This document shows positions 16,767 through 26,922 of a stretch of DNA of 56,603 bases, piece by piece. The translations under genes and the position numbers were made by a program. Source of the DNA: a virus (Duplodnaviria; Caudoviricetes); the IMG/VR virus record IMGVR_UViG_3300013137_000024, positions 1-56,603 of that record; one strand, given 5' to 3'. A model generated the notes under the pieces. That model was not told where the DNA came from. It saw only the letters and a program-made list of their open reading frames with translations, and did no database searches. How positions within the stretch are numbered: the first letter of the stretch is position 1; every line of letters starts with the position of its first letter.

Positions 16767-17450
16767 GTGGACGGTCTGAGTGTTTTCCAGTCGGCGTTCC
16801 AATCACCGAGTGATGAATACGACGGATCGGGGAAACGCCCCGTTGTGTTCGACATCCTCGGCCCTGACATGGAAACTTCCATTCTGCCTGATTACCTGAA
16901 AATGGTACTCCACGTCAACCCATCATCCATGAACATTTCCTATCAGAATGTCATTGAACGTATTCAAACAAGGGGTGGATTCGTAGAACAACACTGGGGC
17001 GAAGGTGTCCGATCCTTGGATTTCAACCTGAGCACTGGCGGTTTCATGCGGTTGTACTCGGGCCTATCCAACATCACTGGGGGTCCTGGAGCCATTGATG
17101 TCAGAGGCACCCGACGGCAGACAATTGCCTATGACAAATATGTAGATCTCCTTGCCCTCTTCCACAACAATGGGTCAGTCTATGATCAGGAAGGGCGGAT
17201 CGTGTTTCAAGGTATCATCAAGGTGTCTTTCGATGGGGGCATTTACTTCGGGTGGTTTTCCGATTTCACTGTCACGGACGCCGCGGAGAAACCCTATCAA
17301 TTTGCATTGACAACCAAGTTCACGGTGGATCATGAAATTCAACGTTTCCGATCTCTTCCTTACGGGAGCTCTTTGACTGACATCATTCGAGGTGCCCCCG
17401 CACCGGTTATGACTGCCACCGGAATGTTTGGATTCGAGAAGGGGGTCTGA
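16767..17450 (+). CDS. Tube-initiator or baseplate-proximal tube-fold protein (probable)
   Basis: LHVNPSSMNISY...IQTRGGFVEQHWG...YFGWFSDFTVTDAAEKPYQFALTTKFTV resembles tube-fold proteins that follow tape measures. Confidence 0.55.
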   Translation: MDGLSVFQSAFQSPSDEYDGSGKRPVVFDILGPDMETSILPDYLKMVLHVNPSSMNISYQNVIERIQTRGGFVEQHWGEGVRSLDFNLSTGGFMRLYSGLSNITGGPGAIDVRGTRRQTIAYDKYVDLLALFHNNGSVYDQEGRIVFQGIIKVSFDGGIYFGWFSDFTVTDAAEKPYQFALTTKFTVDHEIQRFRSLPYGSSLTDIIRGAPAPVMTATGMFGFEKGV

Positions 17451-17454
17451 CCAG

Positions 17455-18846
17455 ATGGCCGGACAGTTTGCACAAATCAGTACGGTCGAAGGTGCCCCGG
17501 GGGTTCCATCCCCTTCTGAGAAGGCCCAATCGCTTCGTACTACGGGATACAGCAAAACTCGTGACCAAATGCTTTCTCGTGCCGTGGCAAGTCCACCTCC
17601 GCCTGATGCCTATCGCAAAATCGCAACTGGCCCGGCCACCGAGATTGCACTTGACCCAGCCCAAGCTGTTCCCATCTCGGGATCTGATTCGTTGCTCCGG
17701 GGCCTCTCCCCATTCGTCATTCAAATCGAACTCCCTCTCGTTTTCGGGATGGATGGCGGGTTCACCAACCAGGCCCAGAATTCTGTCAACATCAACGCCT
17801 ATGGCAATGCCAACGGACAGGCTGATTTGTATGCCAATGCCCGTTCATCCGTGGCTGCTTCGGGCATTGCCGCCTGGAACGGTGGTGTCTTGGGGATCCC
17901 AGCAGATCCCAATCCTACGGTGGGGCAGACCAATCCAGCCCCCGGTGGGACCAACGTGTCCAATACTGGGGAAGGAAGCAACAGACTGGGTGCTCCGGCC
18001 ATCGCTGACCAATATGCGGCCATGGATGTGGCTTCCCAGTTGCAAGCCATTCTCAATGCTCCCCCATTGGTTTTGCTGATCAACCCTCACCAGTTCCAAA
18101 TGACCTTGTCCAAGATTCAGTCCTATCAGGACAGGACTCGGTTCGGATACATCTTCCACACGTGGGGGGAAGAACAGCCCAAACTCTCCATCACGACCAA
18201 GTGCGGTGCGTTCATCTCTGGGGGTCGAGGGGTTCAATTCGCCAGCAAGAATGATTCTGCCGCCTGGCAGAACCTCATGAACCTCTTGCATTTCTACAAG
18301 AACAACGGTTACATCTTTGATACCATTGGCAAATCCTACGCCCACCATTTTGTGGGAGCCCTTTCCATTACCTATGACGGCTGGATCTACTACGGGCACA
18401 TGGAGTCTTTCGGGTGGAATTACGAGGAGACCACTCAGAATGGTGGAATTGATTTCGCCATTGAGTTCACGGTGTCTTCGGCGATAGACACCACTCCGGC
18501 AACATATGCCATAACGCCCATGACATCTCCTGTTCCGAGTCCCAGTGACCCGAGGTATTTTGGGGCCGCCAGTGTCGGGAGTGATGGGCCGGGTGTGTAC
18601 ACCATCGGTAAGGATGGGATCACCAGTGTGGGCCGGGATGTCGGATGGTCGGGAGTGAATACCCTCGTTCCGGATGATTTGGGCAAAGTATTCACTAGGG
18701 GCGAGTTCCAGCAAGCTGATCCTACGGCCATTGGACAAACATCGGCTTCCATGGGGGCCGAAGGTTTCTATTTCGTGACCGAGCTCGCGGAAAAGACGAT
18801 TCAACAGGGTAGTCCCGGTTCCAATGAACCTTTTGGGTTGGGGTGA
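17455..18846 (+). CDS. Second tube-initiator-like protein, paralog of 16767..17450
   Basis: LLINPHQFQMT...RTRFGYIFHTWGEE...LLHFYKNNG...ITYDGWIYYGHMESF aligns by eye with the preceding ORF. Confidence 0.55.
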   Translation: MAGQFAQISTVEGAPGVPSPSEKAQSLRTTGYSKTRDQMLSRAVASPPPPDAYRKIATGPATEIALDPAQAVPISGSDSLLRGLSPFVIQIELPLVFGMDGGFTNQAQNSVNINAYGNANGQADLYANARSSVAASGIAAWNGGVLGIPADPNPTVGQTNPAPGGTNVSNTGEGSNRLGAPAIADQYAAMDVASQLQAILNAPPLVLLINPHQFQMTLSKIQSYQDRTRFGYIFHTWGEEQPKLSITTKCGAFISGGRGVQFASKNDSAAWQNLMNLLHFYKNNGYIFDTIGKSYAHHFVGALSITYDGWIYYGHMESFGWNYEETTQNGGIDFAIEFTVSSAIDTTPATYAITPMTSPVPSPSDPRYFGAASVGSDGPGVYTIGKDGITSVGRDVGWSGVNTLVPDDLGKVFTRGEFQQADPTAIGQTSASMGAEGFYFVTELAEKTIQQGSPGSNEPFGLG

Positions 18847-18849
18847 CAT

Positions 18850-21800
18850 GTGGGGATTCAGAACAGACCCCATGTAGGAACATGGAAAGTCAATGCCAAG
18901 AAGGTGGTTCAGCACACCCCCGACGCTCTGGTGTATATCAATGGGGACATGACGCTTCCGGGATGTCCCAAGTGCAACAGTCGGTTGGACATTCATCAGT
19001 TCTTGACCGATGTGAGCGTGGATGCTGGAGTTGATCTGACGGGCGGGTCTGCATCATTCACTCTGGCAATTCCGATCCATCATCATCAATCCATGGCCCG
19101 AGATGCCCGAATGGTTCTTCGGGCGGGCCTCGAGGTTCACATTTACGAGCGTGGTTATTTCCCGGTCAAGGGTCTCTATTCCAATCTTGAGCAACCGGCC
19201 GGTAACCAGGCTGTTGGGACCAACCCCGATCTGGCCCCCGGTTTCTCCTCCGTGGGTCAAGGGGATCCCTATCGGGATGTTCCTCCCGTTGTGGGCGAAG
19301 CCTTCAATGATCTCAGATTACAAGACGGAGTCAAGAGTACCGCGACCGGCCAGCCTTTCAATCAAAGGGAAAATGCCACTGTTTTGTACAACACCCTGAC
19401 AGATGCCGGTTATGCCCCAAGCACGGCAATGGCGGCTGTGATCAATTCCTGGTACGAATGCAATCTCGATTTGAACAATCCCAATGTCAGCAGTCATGCT
19501 TCTGGTTACATTCATATCATGCCCGATTGGAACATTCCCGGATACAATTCCACTGAACCTGCCGAGAGTGCCCAAGCGGTTGTCCGATACTTGCGATGGA
19601 AAAAATTCCCATCCGGTCAGAGCAATTCAACTGTTGCATCTGAGACCAAACGATTCTCAATCCGGGCTGAAGCTCCGGGCAAAGCCACGTCAGCGATGAA
19701 ACCCGGTGAACGGCAATCCTGGAACATCCCCACCGATGCTGATTGGACGGTATCCCAAGTCAATGTGTGGATTGGGGACCAACGTTCGGGATGGGCCAGT
19801 AAACGAATGGGTTCCCTTGCCAGCGACAAAGGATTCAATGCTCAAGCATCGGCTGAGAGGCAACAACAGGATGCAGCGGCCGAAGCCCAAGCAAAACTGG
19901 AATCCACCAAACCGTCTGGGGACAGGCGGGATGCGGGATTACTGGGGTCCCCCACACTTTCTGATCAGGAAGGGCTTGGTGGTTACGATATAGAAAACAT
20001 CCTGGCTTATCCCTACTACCATGTGTTCCATGGGGTCGTAACCTCAGTGGCCATGGTTTACGATGCCGGGTTCCAGACGTTCACTTGCCAGTGCATTTCG
20101 ATGCTCCAATTGTGGCAATATCTCCCGGTCAGTGTCAATGCTTCTATTTTCGGGGCACGAGCAGTCAACTCCAAAAACCACCCCTCGATCATGGGGCATA
20201 ATTTCACGGGGATGCACCCGTACGCCATCATCTACCGACTTTACGAGGATTTGGCTGGTGCTGGTGCCGGGGTATCCTGGGCTCTTTCCCAAATGACTAC
20301 AACGGATGCTTCTTTTGCTGGCGAGAGTCTGTGGTCCATTTTCCAACGCTATTGGGAACGCAGATTCAGTACCAGCATGATCAAACTCAGGTTGCACGGT
20401 GCAACAGGAGAACTTTTCAACACTTTCTATGCTACTTTGCTTGGAAGAGGCGCTTCGGCTGCTGACCTGACAAACGCTCTCAAAGGACGTTTTGGGGCTA
20501 TCAAAGGAGACCCGTCAGCCCAGATTTTCTCCAAAGGACTTGGGGCGTCCATGATCAACCCGAAACGCCTGGACGCCCTCGTGGTGAACAAGGGTCTCGG
20601 GGCCAATGCTGAAGGGGTGAATGCCAAAGGCTCCGATGGTGATTTCGATTTGAACATGGCCGAAATGATTGCTTTCACAACCAAATTAGGTCATATGGGT
20701 CAGTTCCAAATGTTCGAATCGACCTATGAAACCAAGGGCAATGTGGCTCAGGAGGTCTGCCGAGTAACGGGATTTGAATTCTACCAGGACGTGGATGGGG
20801 ATTTCGTGTTCAAGCCTCCTTTCTACAACTTGGACACCTCGTCTGCCAGGGTGTATCGAATCGAAGACATCGACATCATTTCACTCCAGATGGATGAAAA
20901 GGAACCTCAAGCCACGTATATCGTGGGAAAGGGCAACTGGTTCCAGAACTTGGAAGGTCACGGGGTCGAGAATGAAATGGGTGTGCAGACCACCTACATT
21001 GATTACCGACTGGTAGCTCAGTTCGGGTGGCGGGCAGCTTCTTTCGAATGCCAATACCTGACTGATCCCAAGTCAGTGATGTTCATGTCCATCAATTTCA
21101 TGGATGTTCAGAATGCTCAGATACACTCCGGGTCATTGACCATCCCCATACGTCCTGAGATGCGTCCGGGATATCCTGTATACATTGTGCCTCTTGATTG
21201 TTACTACTATGTGACCAACATCGTCCATGCTTACATTCCAGGTGGTCGATGCACTTCAACTTTGACCCTGACTGCCAAGCGTTCCAAGTTTTTTGCCCCG
21301 GGGGATTACCGCAAGTCTGGGGTTGAAGCAATCGATCTCGGGAACCCCATTTTGCCTGAGAAACCACTCGAGGTGTTGGATGAAGCCGGGAGACCTCGTC
21401 TGGTGGGTTTCCCCAATGTGGTTATGGCTCTGGATCCATATCAGATCAATCCGTTGTTCCTGGTTCTGGGGGCTGACATTGACCTTCTCAACACCCCGCA
21501 GAAAGTTGTGAACCTCATCGAAATGGCAATTCAATTCCGGGTGCTGACGGCGAATCCGGACGGGACATACACCTTCACGACATCGGCTGGCAAGAAGATG
21601 GTGTTTTTCTTTGATGCTAATCAACTGTCGGTCACCGGGGAAGGCACCAAGGATGAGAAATGGACAACATCCGGGGCTGGGCCGTCCGGAACATATCCTT
21701 TGATGGAGGCCGCGAATGCCTGGGCAGCTGCTATGGGCCAACATGCGGAGGCCAAGGACAAAGCGCGGAAAGACCTTTTGGCTTTGGAAGCCAAGATTGC

Positions 21801-23877
21801 CACATTGCAAGCCGAACTCAGAACTGCCCAGGCCCGGGGAAATGACAAGGCTTTGAAGGTGATACAGAAGAACATCAATAGTGTGGTGGACAATCGGGTG
21901 TCACTGAAAAAGACCATTGAGACCCCGGATACAGATGTTTCGTTGGCCGGTTCCAATGAAGGATTGGCTGCTTTGCTACAAGTGATGAATGAACTGGGGG
22001 CCAAGTACCGGCCGGAATCCGGGCAACCCGGGAGCCGGGATTTGGCCTCCACTACTGTTTTGTTGGACATCCTCTCGGATAAGAAAGCCAGCATTTCTAC
22101 GGTTGATGTGCCGGGGGCCTATCGGTACTACTCAGCGTCCCATCCTGACCCCAATCAGCAGGGACAAGCCGAGCCAAACTTTGATGGTTGGGCCAATGCC
22201 CGTAGTAAAACCATTGAGTACAACAACCCTCTTCTGCTCCCCGAGTGGACGAAGGATCCAGTCAAAGGATTTGTCCCATCGAATCGAATCACGCTGTCTC
22301 CGGGTTCCAAGTATCGACCTGAGGCTCAGTTTGGAGATTTGCAACCCACTCGGGGTATTCGGATCCTGACACACAACCCGGCTTTTCCCAATGGGGAGGT
22401 GGTACCGACCAGTGAGATTCGTGATTTCACATGGGCGAGTCATGATTTAAAGGTGCCCATGAAAGGGAATAGTGCCAAGAAGGAAATCCAGGCGTCTGAT
22501 ACCGGGGCACTGCCCAATCTTCGGGGCGGTATGCAACAAACTCTGAGAGTTCAAGCCCAGGAAGTCACCGACCTGGCCACGATACAAGGTACATTCGCCC
22601 CATGGTTGAAAGGGTTCAATGATCAAATTCAGAACGCCATTGTCGCGATGCAGGCAGATCCTGTGCTGGCCCCCTATGTACAACCATTCCCGACAATGAT
22701 AGACCCCAACTATGTTGTCATCCGACGGTTCTCATTCCCGACGAATGACCCGATGGGTGATTACAAGTTTGCTGATACTAATGGAACGTTGACTTCGTTT
22801 TTCAACGCAGACAGCGTGGCATTGAAAGGTTCCACTGGCACCACTGTCTGGATGATGGCGGCAGATGAATATGCCGACGCTATCTACAGTCAATATATCC
22901 GGGCCAAAAACTCCTGGATGGGGGATTTGATGACCCGGTTCACGGGTTCCGAAGATATTGAAAAGATGAACCAAATCAACAGCCTGTTTACAGAAGCCGT
23001 CACTTCCAATCTGGGCAAAGCGATTCCTCGGGATTGGTCGGACGTGTCCAAAACATCGGCCACGGCCAAACCAATTTCGTCGCCCATATTCCCCGTGTCT
23101 GACGCTCAAGGATATGAGGTCGTGGGATCCCTCCGTTATGGGCGGGATATCACTATCGAGCCGGATGGGGTTTTCGACACACTGCACAAACAAGATCCCT
23201 TGTCCATGCTTGATCAAGCATTGGTTGTGAAGGTCCTGGAACAACTGACTAGACGGCAAGGAATCGATGCGGAGACTCAGCATAATGTGGTCAGAAGTCT
23301 GCGTTCCGGGATGACTGATAACCAACTCATTGATATCGGATTGTTGACCCAGAACAGAGATTCCAACATGCTCCAACTCGATTTCATGAACTGGTGGACC
23401 AACCACGGCAAAGATGGGATTCAGAAGATCCCCGTGAACAATGCCGCCTATTCATTGGCTGATCTCAACCTGATAATGAATAAGGGGGTTTGCACTTGCA
23501 AATCCGCCGAGGCCTCCATTGTACTGGAAGCAGCGGGGATGACTGGTTTCGTAAGAGTTGCTTCTCCGACGGATGCAACCCCCAACCAGGGGACAACTGC
23601 GGACAATGTGACTCCTTGGTTGCAATATGCGGCAGATCAAGCGGGTCTTCAATGGAAAATGTCCCAAGACGCTTTGCGCGGGGCTCAACTCAACAAACAG
23701 CCTGCGACTATCGTTCAATCGGCCCAGGGGTTGGTGGATGGAAGCGCATTTGCTACGGCCGAAGCCCAGGCACAGCAAGCAAAGAATGATCTTTGGGCGG
23801 CCAATGAAGCCCGGAAAACTGCGGGGAAGGAGTTTTGGGCGGCCAATGAAGCCCGGAAAACTGCGGGGAAGGAGTAA
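18850..23877 (+). CDS. Baseplate hub (gp27/gpD-like) with an inserted tail-lysozyme-like domain
   Basis: Hub-type motifs VCRVTGFEFYQDVDGDFVFKPPFYN and GSLTIPIRPEMRPGYPVY...YYVTNIVH...STLTLT. The insert NATVLYNTLTDAGY...AMAAVINSWYECNL resembles phage tail lysozyme (Phage_lysozyme2 type). Confidence 0.65.
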   Translation: MGIQNRPHVGTWKVNAKKVVQHTPDALVYINGDMTLPGCPKCNSRLDIHQFLTDVSVDAGVDLTGGSASFTLAIPIHHHQSMARDARMVLRAGLEVHIYERGYFPVKGLYSNLEQPAGNQAVGTNPDLAPGFSSVGQGDPYRDVPPVVGEAFNDLRLQDGVKSTATGQPFNQRENATVLYNTLTDAGYAPSTAMAAVINSWYECNLDLNNPNVSSHASGYIHIMPDWNIPGYNSTEPAESAQAVVRYLRWKKFPSGQSNSTVASETKRFSIRAEAPGKATSAMKPGERQSWNIPTDADWTVSQVNVWIGDQRSGWASKRMGSLASDKGFNAQASAERQQQDAAAEAQAKLESTKPSGDRRDAGLLGSPTLSDQEGLGGYDIENILAYPYYHVFHGVVTSVAMVYDAGFQTFTCQCISMLQLWQYLPVSVNASIFGARAVNSKNHPSIMGHNFTGMHPYAIIYRLYEDLAGAGAGVSWALSQMTTTDASFAGESLWSIFQRYWERRFSTSMIKLRLHGATGELFNTFYATLLGRGASAADLTNALKGRFGAIKGDPSAQIFSKGLGASMINPKRLDALVVNKGLGANAEGVNAKGSDGDFDLNMAEMIAFTTKLGHMGQFQMFESTYETKGNVAQEVCRVTGFEFYQDVDGDFVFKPPFYNLDTSSARVYRIEDIDIISLQMDEKEPQATYIVGKGNWFQNLEGHGVENEMGVQTTYIDYRLVAQFGWRAASFECQYLTDPKSVMFMSINFMDVQNAQIHSGSLTIPIRPEMRPGYPVYIVPLDCYYYVTNIVHAYIPGGRCTSTLTLTAKRSKFFAPGDYRKSGVEAIDLGNPILPEKPLEVLDEAGRPRLVGFPNVVMALDPYQINPLFLVLGADIDLLNTPQKVVNLIEMAIQFRVLTANPDGTYTFTTSAGKKMVFFFDANQLSVTGEGTKDEKWTTSGAGPSGTYPLMEAANAWAAAMGQHAEAKDKARKDLLALEAKIATLQAELRTAQARGNDKALKVIQKNINSVVDNRVSLKKTIETPDTDVSLAGSNEGLAALLQVMNELGAKYRPESGQPGSRDLASTTVLLDILSDKKASISTVDVPGAYRYYSASHPDPNQQGQAEPNFDGWANARSKTIEYNNPLLLPEWTKDPVKGFVPSNRITLSPGSKYRPEAQFGDLQPTRGIRILTHNPAFPNGEVVPTSEIRDFTWASHDLKVPMKGNSAKKEIQASDTGALPNLRGGMQQTLRVQAQEVTDLATIQGTFAPWLKGFNDQIQNAIVAMQADPVLAPYVQPFPTMIDPNYVVIRRFSFPTNDPMGDYKFADTNGTLTSFFNADSVALKGSTGTTVWMMAADEYADAIYSQYIRAKNSWMGDLMTRFTGSEDIEKMNQINSLFTEAVTSNLGKAIPRDWSDVSKTSATAKPISSPIFPVSDAQGYEVVGSLRYGRDITIEPDGVFDTLHKQDPLSMLDQALVVKVLEQLTRRQGIDAETQHNVVRSLRSGMTDNQLIDIGLLTQNRDSNMLQLDFMNWWTNHGKDGIQKIPVNNAAYSLADLNLIMNKGVCTCKSAEASIVLEAAGMTGFVRVASPTDATPNQGTTADNVTPWLQYAADQAGLQWKMSQDALRGAQLNKQPATIVQSAQGLVDGSAFATAEAQAQQAKNDLWAANEARKTAGKEFWAANEARKTAGKE
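23792..23875. repeat. Perfect 42-bp tandem duplication at the 3' end of the hub gene
   Basis: tttgggcggccaatgaagcccggaaaactgcggggaaggagt occurs at 23792-23833 and 23834-23875, encoding WAANEARKTAGKE twice. Confidence 0.95.
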
Positions 23878-23880
23878 TCC

Positions 23881-26304
23881 ATGCCTGTTCGTGATCCATC
23901 TCGGCGTGGTGCGTTGGCACGGTTGGGGACTCTTTCCCCTGCCCAGATCAATACTTCCCAGGCCAAAATGAAGGCCCAGAAACGGGCCATGAATCCTGAC
24001 ACCAATCTTGGTTTGGGAATAGCCAAGGTCCTCAATATCGATTACGTAGAATTCTATGTCACACTCCGGACACTGACTGGGGTGTCCCAGCAATTCGACC
24101 GGATTCCGGTTCCTCTGACCTTTCCTGGGGGTGGGAATCGACATTTCTTTGGTGCCATGCCCTGCATCGGGGATTACTGCATCGTGGGATGGATTCCTCA
24201 TAACACGGCACCGGGGAGCGGGGAAGGAACCAAGACTCCTGTGATTCTCGCATGGTTGATTCCGGGAGTCTGGACCGGATTGGATTGGGTCATTACTGCC
24301 GAATTTGAAAGGGATGAATTTGACCAGGCGGTGCCTTCCAATCAACAAATCGCGGAAGGTGCCCATAATTTCGTCCGGCACAAACTGCGGCACATTCAGC
24401 CCGGGAACATCGTAGGTTCATCTGCTCAGGGATCCGACATTGTTTTGGATGAAGGAGTCACACTGGCTAACCGCCGGGGAAATGAATTCAGGTTGCGGGA
24501 TCAGGATCAGGCCGTTGTCACCCGGGCATTGCAGCGGTTTGATGCCCTGGCAGGTGCTAGGTTGTACGCCGGCATGGTGCAACGGGATGCAACCTTGTTG
24601 GCGACAACCATGATCTCCGATGGGGGTTTGTGGGACGCTACGCCGCAGGCCGTGGCCGGGATCCCAGTTCAAGGGATACCAAATGACCCATCGGCCCCCC
24701 GAGGATTCTTGACTCCCGCTCGAGTCCTTCGTAAAGGCATTCCTTCCGATGCCACAACGGGTTTCCTTGGCCGAAGTCTTCTTGGAACGGATTCTTATCT
24801 CGATCCCTATGAGTTTTTGAAAGCCGGATTATTTATTGATGAGTCGGGTCAAGTGGTCTCTTCTGCCATTTCGGATGCTGTGTATGGCGGGAAACCCATA
24901 TATCGGGTTGGGACGAATCCGGGGAATGCAGTGGTAGACCATGATGCACCAACGTTCACCGAATACCGGGTCGAAGTCACACACACGTCGGATGGTCGTC
25001 TTCCTGTCACGGAGCAGACTGATCTGTTTGACGCCGAACGGCTTCCTCAATCGGATCCAAAAGCTGCGTCTCCCAGTTTGCCTCCAAACACGCCTTTCAT
25101 CGAATGGGTCCTTGGAACGGTGGTAGGCAATGATCCCTACTCCGAAGATGGTCGCAGAAAGTATGGATTACCCATCAAAGCTGTGATTTTCGATGGGGAC
25201 ACTGTGAATCCCCGATTGGACCCGGTCGTGTCATCCGGAACCAATCCCACGCCTTTGAAGGACCATCTGGCTTCTTTGTTCCGGTTCCGTCCGCCATTGG
25301 CCCAAAGCGGACAAGAGACTTTCTGGGGTGTCAATAAACAGGGGCAACTGAAAGCTTCGATTGGCGGGGATCCCAAGGGCTACTCGGCTGAAGTGGCTTT
25401 GGCCGGAGGTCTCAAACTGGCGATTGGGGGCCGTTTCGAATGGATCGGAGATGGGCATTTTGGTATCGGGACAAAAGGTTCCAACAGCATCTCTCTCAAA
25501 GCCGAGGAAGGCCCCGTAACCATCTATGGGGGGGGTGGCCTCAAAGACGCATCTACAGTGATGTCCAATCTCTCAGGGACGGGCCGAGGATCCGATGATC
25601 TCCCATCTGTTGACATCCAAGGCAAAACCAATGTGTGGGTTCAAAGCCAGAAACAGGTCCGAATCAAAGGGGCCGAGATCGTCGGGTCGGCCTCGAGTAT
25701 CGATCTGACGGGCCAGGATGGGATCGCTCTGAACGGGATCAAACAAGTCGGGGTGGTTACGGAGAATTTCCAAGTGTCGGTCAGTGGCAAATGTTCCGAG
25801 TCATTTGCCGGTCCCAAGTACCTGTTGCCCACCAGTGGGCCTTTGCACGAACGCACTTACACGCCGGCTTTCCCCGGGCTGGTGTGCGAAAAGGTGTCGT
25901 ACACATGGGGAGACCGAGTGGAAACTTTCTACTTGGGAAACCATATGACCGAGATTCTAGTCGGAAATATGGTTTATGCAACGGAGTTGGGCATTTGGTC
26001 GGCTCGGGCATTGTCCAACACATTGCTTGTAGACTCGTCCGGAATCAAGGCCACGGCCACTATCGGGGCGGTGACTATTACAGCTCCGGCCGGGGCTGTC
26101 GCCATTACCGGGACCACGGGAGTCGTTCTGGCTTCTCCGGGGGGTCAGGCAGTGGTACATGGAAGTGCAGGAGTGACTTTGAGCGCCCCCGTGACCGGAA
26201 TCGAAATGGGCCCCATCATCACGGCAGGATCCCGGGATCCTTTGACCAATTTGCCTTTTTTGACCTTCGGGATGGGGGCCCCGGCCCATCAGGTGTTGCC
26301 TTAG
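23881..26304 (+). CDS. Central spike (gpV/gp5/VgrG-C-like)
   Basis: OB-fold-like N-terminus (GIAKVLNIDY...GAMPCIGDYCIVGW). Beta-helix-like C-terminal repeats (GAVTITAPAGAVAITGTTGVVLASPGGQAVVHGSAGVTLSAP). Follows the hub gene. Confidence 0.65.
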   Translation: MPVRDPSRRGALARLGTLSPAQINTSQAKMKAQKRAMNPDTNLGLGIAKVLNIDYVEFYVTLRTLTGVSQQFDRIPVPLTFPGGGNRHFFGAMPCIGDYCIVGWIPHNTAPGSGEGTKTPVILAWLIPGVWTGLDWVITAEFERDEFDQAVPSNQQIAEGAHNFVRHKLRHIQPGNIVGSSAQGSDIVLDEGVTLANRRGNEFRLRDQDQAVVTRALQRFDALAGARLYAGMVQRDATLLATTMISDGGLWDATPQAVAGIPVQGIPNDPSAPRGFLTPARVLRKGIPSDATTGFLGRSLLGTDSYLDPYEFLKAGLFIDESGQVVSSAISDAVYGGKPIYRVGTNPGNAVVDHDAPTFTEYRVEVTHTSDGRLPVTEQTDLFDAERLPQSDPKAASPSLPPNTPFIEWVLGTVVGNDPYSEDGRRKYGLPIKAVIFDGDTVNPRLDPVVSSGTNPTPLKDHLASLFRFRPPLAQSGQETFWGVNKQGQLKASIGGDPKGYSAEVALAGGLKLAIGGRFEWIGDGHFGIGTKGSNSISLKAEEGPVTIYGGGGLKDASTVMSNLSGTGRGSDDLPSVDIQGKTNVWVQSQKQVRIKGAEIVGSASSIDLTGQDGIALNGIKQVGVVTENFQVSVSGKCSESFAGPKYLLPTSGPLHERTYTPAFPGLVCEKVSYTWGDRVETFYLGNHMTEILVGNMVYATELGIWSARALSNTLLVDSSGIKATATIGAVTITAPAGAVAITGTTGVVLASPGGQAVVHGSAGVTLSAPVTGIEMGPIITAGSRDPLTNLPFLTFGMGAPAHQVLP

Positions 26305-26318
26305 AGGGGATTGGTGAT

Positions 26319-26921
26319 ATGGCTCTGAACCCGGCTGTGATTCTGACTGCATTGCAAGCCGCCCGGTCTTCGGGGGCACTGCCGCTGTTGGGAATCAACT
26401 ATGACCGGCTGGCCACTGGGATTGCTCAAGGAGTGTCCCAATGGGGGGTGGGTCAACCTCAGAACCTGGCCCTGACGGGGATGGCCACTGGTTTTGGGGG
26501 TGCCGGGACAATTGTTTCCGCCGGGACCAAGATCGTGGTTCCAGCAAACTACGGTGTAGTGCTGGGGGCACTGATTTCAGCTGGGATGGTAGGTCCCGTT
26601 GGGCCTAGCCTGGCCATGGCCGTCACCAACGGGATCTCGTCTGCTTTCACTGTATCGGGCCAATATTCTGGGGTGTCCTCGATGGTGGGATCGGGGAATG
26701 ATGTTGCCAAAGTAACGATGGCGAATGCCGGGACTTTGATAGGTATCCTCAACTCAGTACTGGTCGGTTCTTTGGGGACGGGTTCTTCTATCGGAATGCT
26801 GTCTGCGGGGTTGGGGAATGGTATTGCTTCCCTTCTTTTGCTCGGAACCGGGACGGGTGTCGTGATGGGGACCCCAGGTCCCTATGCGGCAACCGGTCCC
26901 ACTTTGTCGGTGGTGATCTGA
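26319..26921 (+). CDS. Gly/Ala-rich hydrophobic protein (200 aa) downstream of the spike
   Basis: GAGGGG upstream of ATG 26319. Three related motifs: LATGIAQGV, LAMAVTNGI and LSAGLGNGI. Very few charged residues. Confidence 0.7.
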   Translation: MALNPAVILTALQAARSSGALPLLGINYDRLATGIAQGVSQWGVGQPQNLALTGMATGFGGAGTIVSAGTKIVVPANYGVVLGALISAGMVGPVGPSLAMAVTNGISSAFTVSGQYSGVSSMVGSGNDVAKVTMANAGTLIGILNSVLVGSLGTGSSIGMLSAGLGNGIASLLLLGTGTGVVMGTPGPYAATGPTLSVVI

Positions 26922-26922
26922 A

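Noticed and set aside
25635-26318. N-terminal extension of the Gly-rich ORF
   Set aside because: It overlaps the spike gene out of frame, and the RBS supports ATG 26319.
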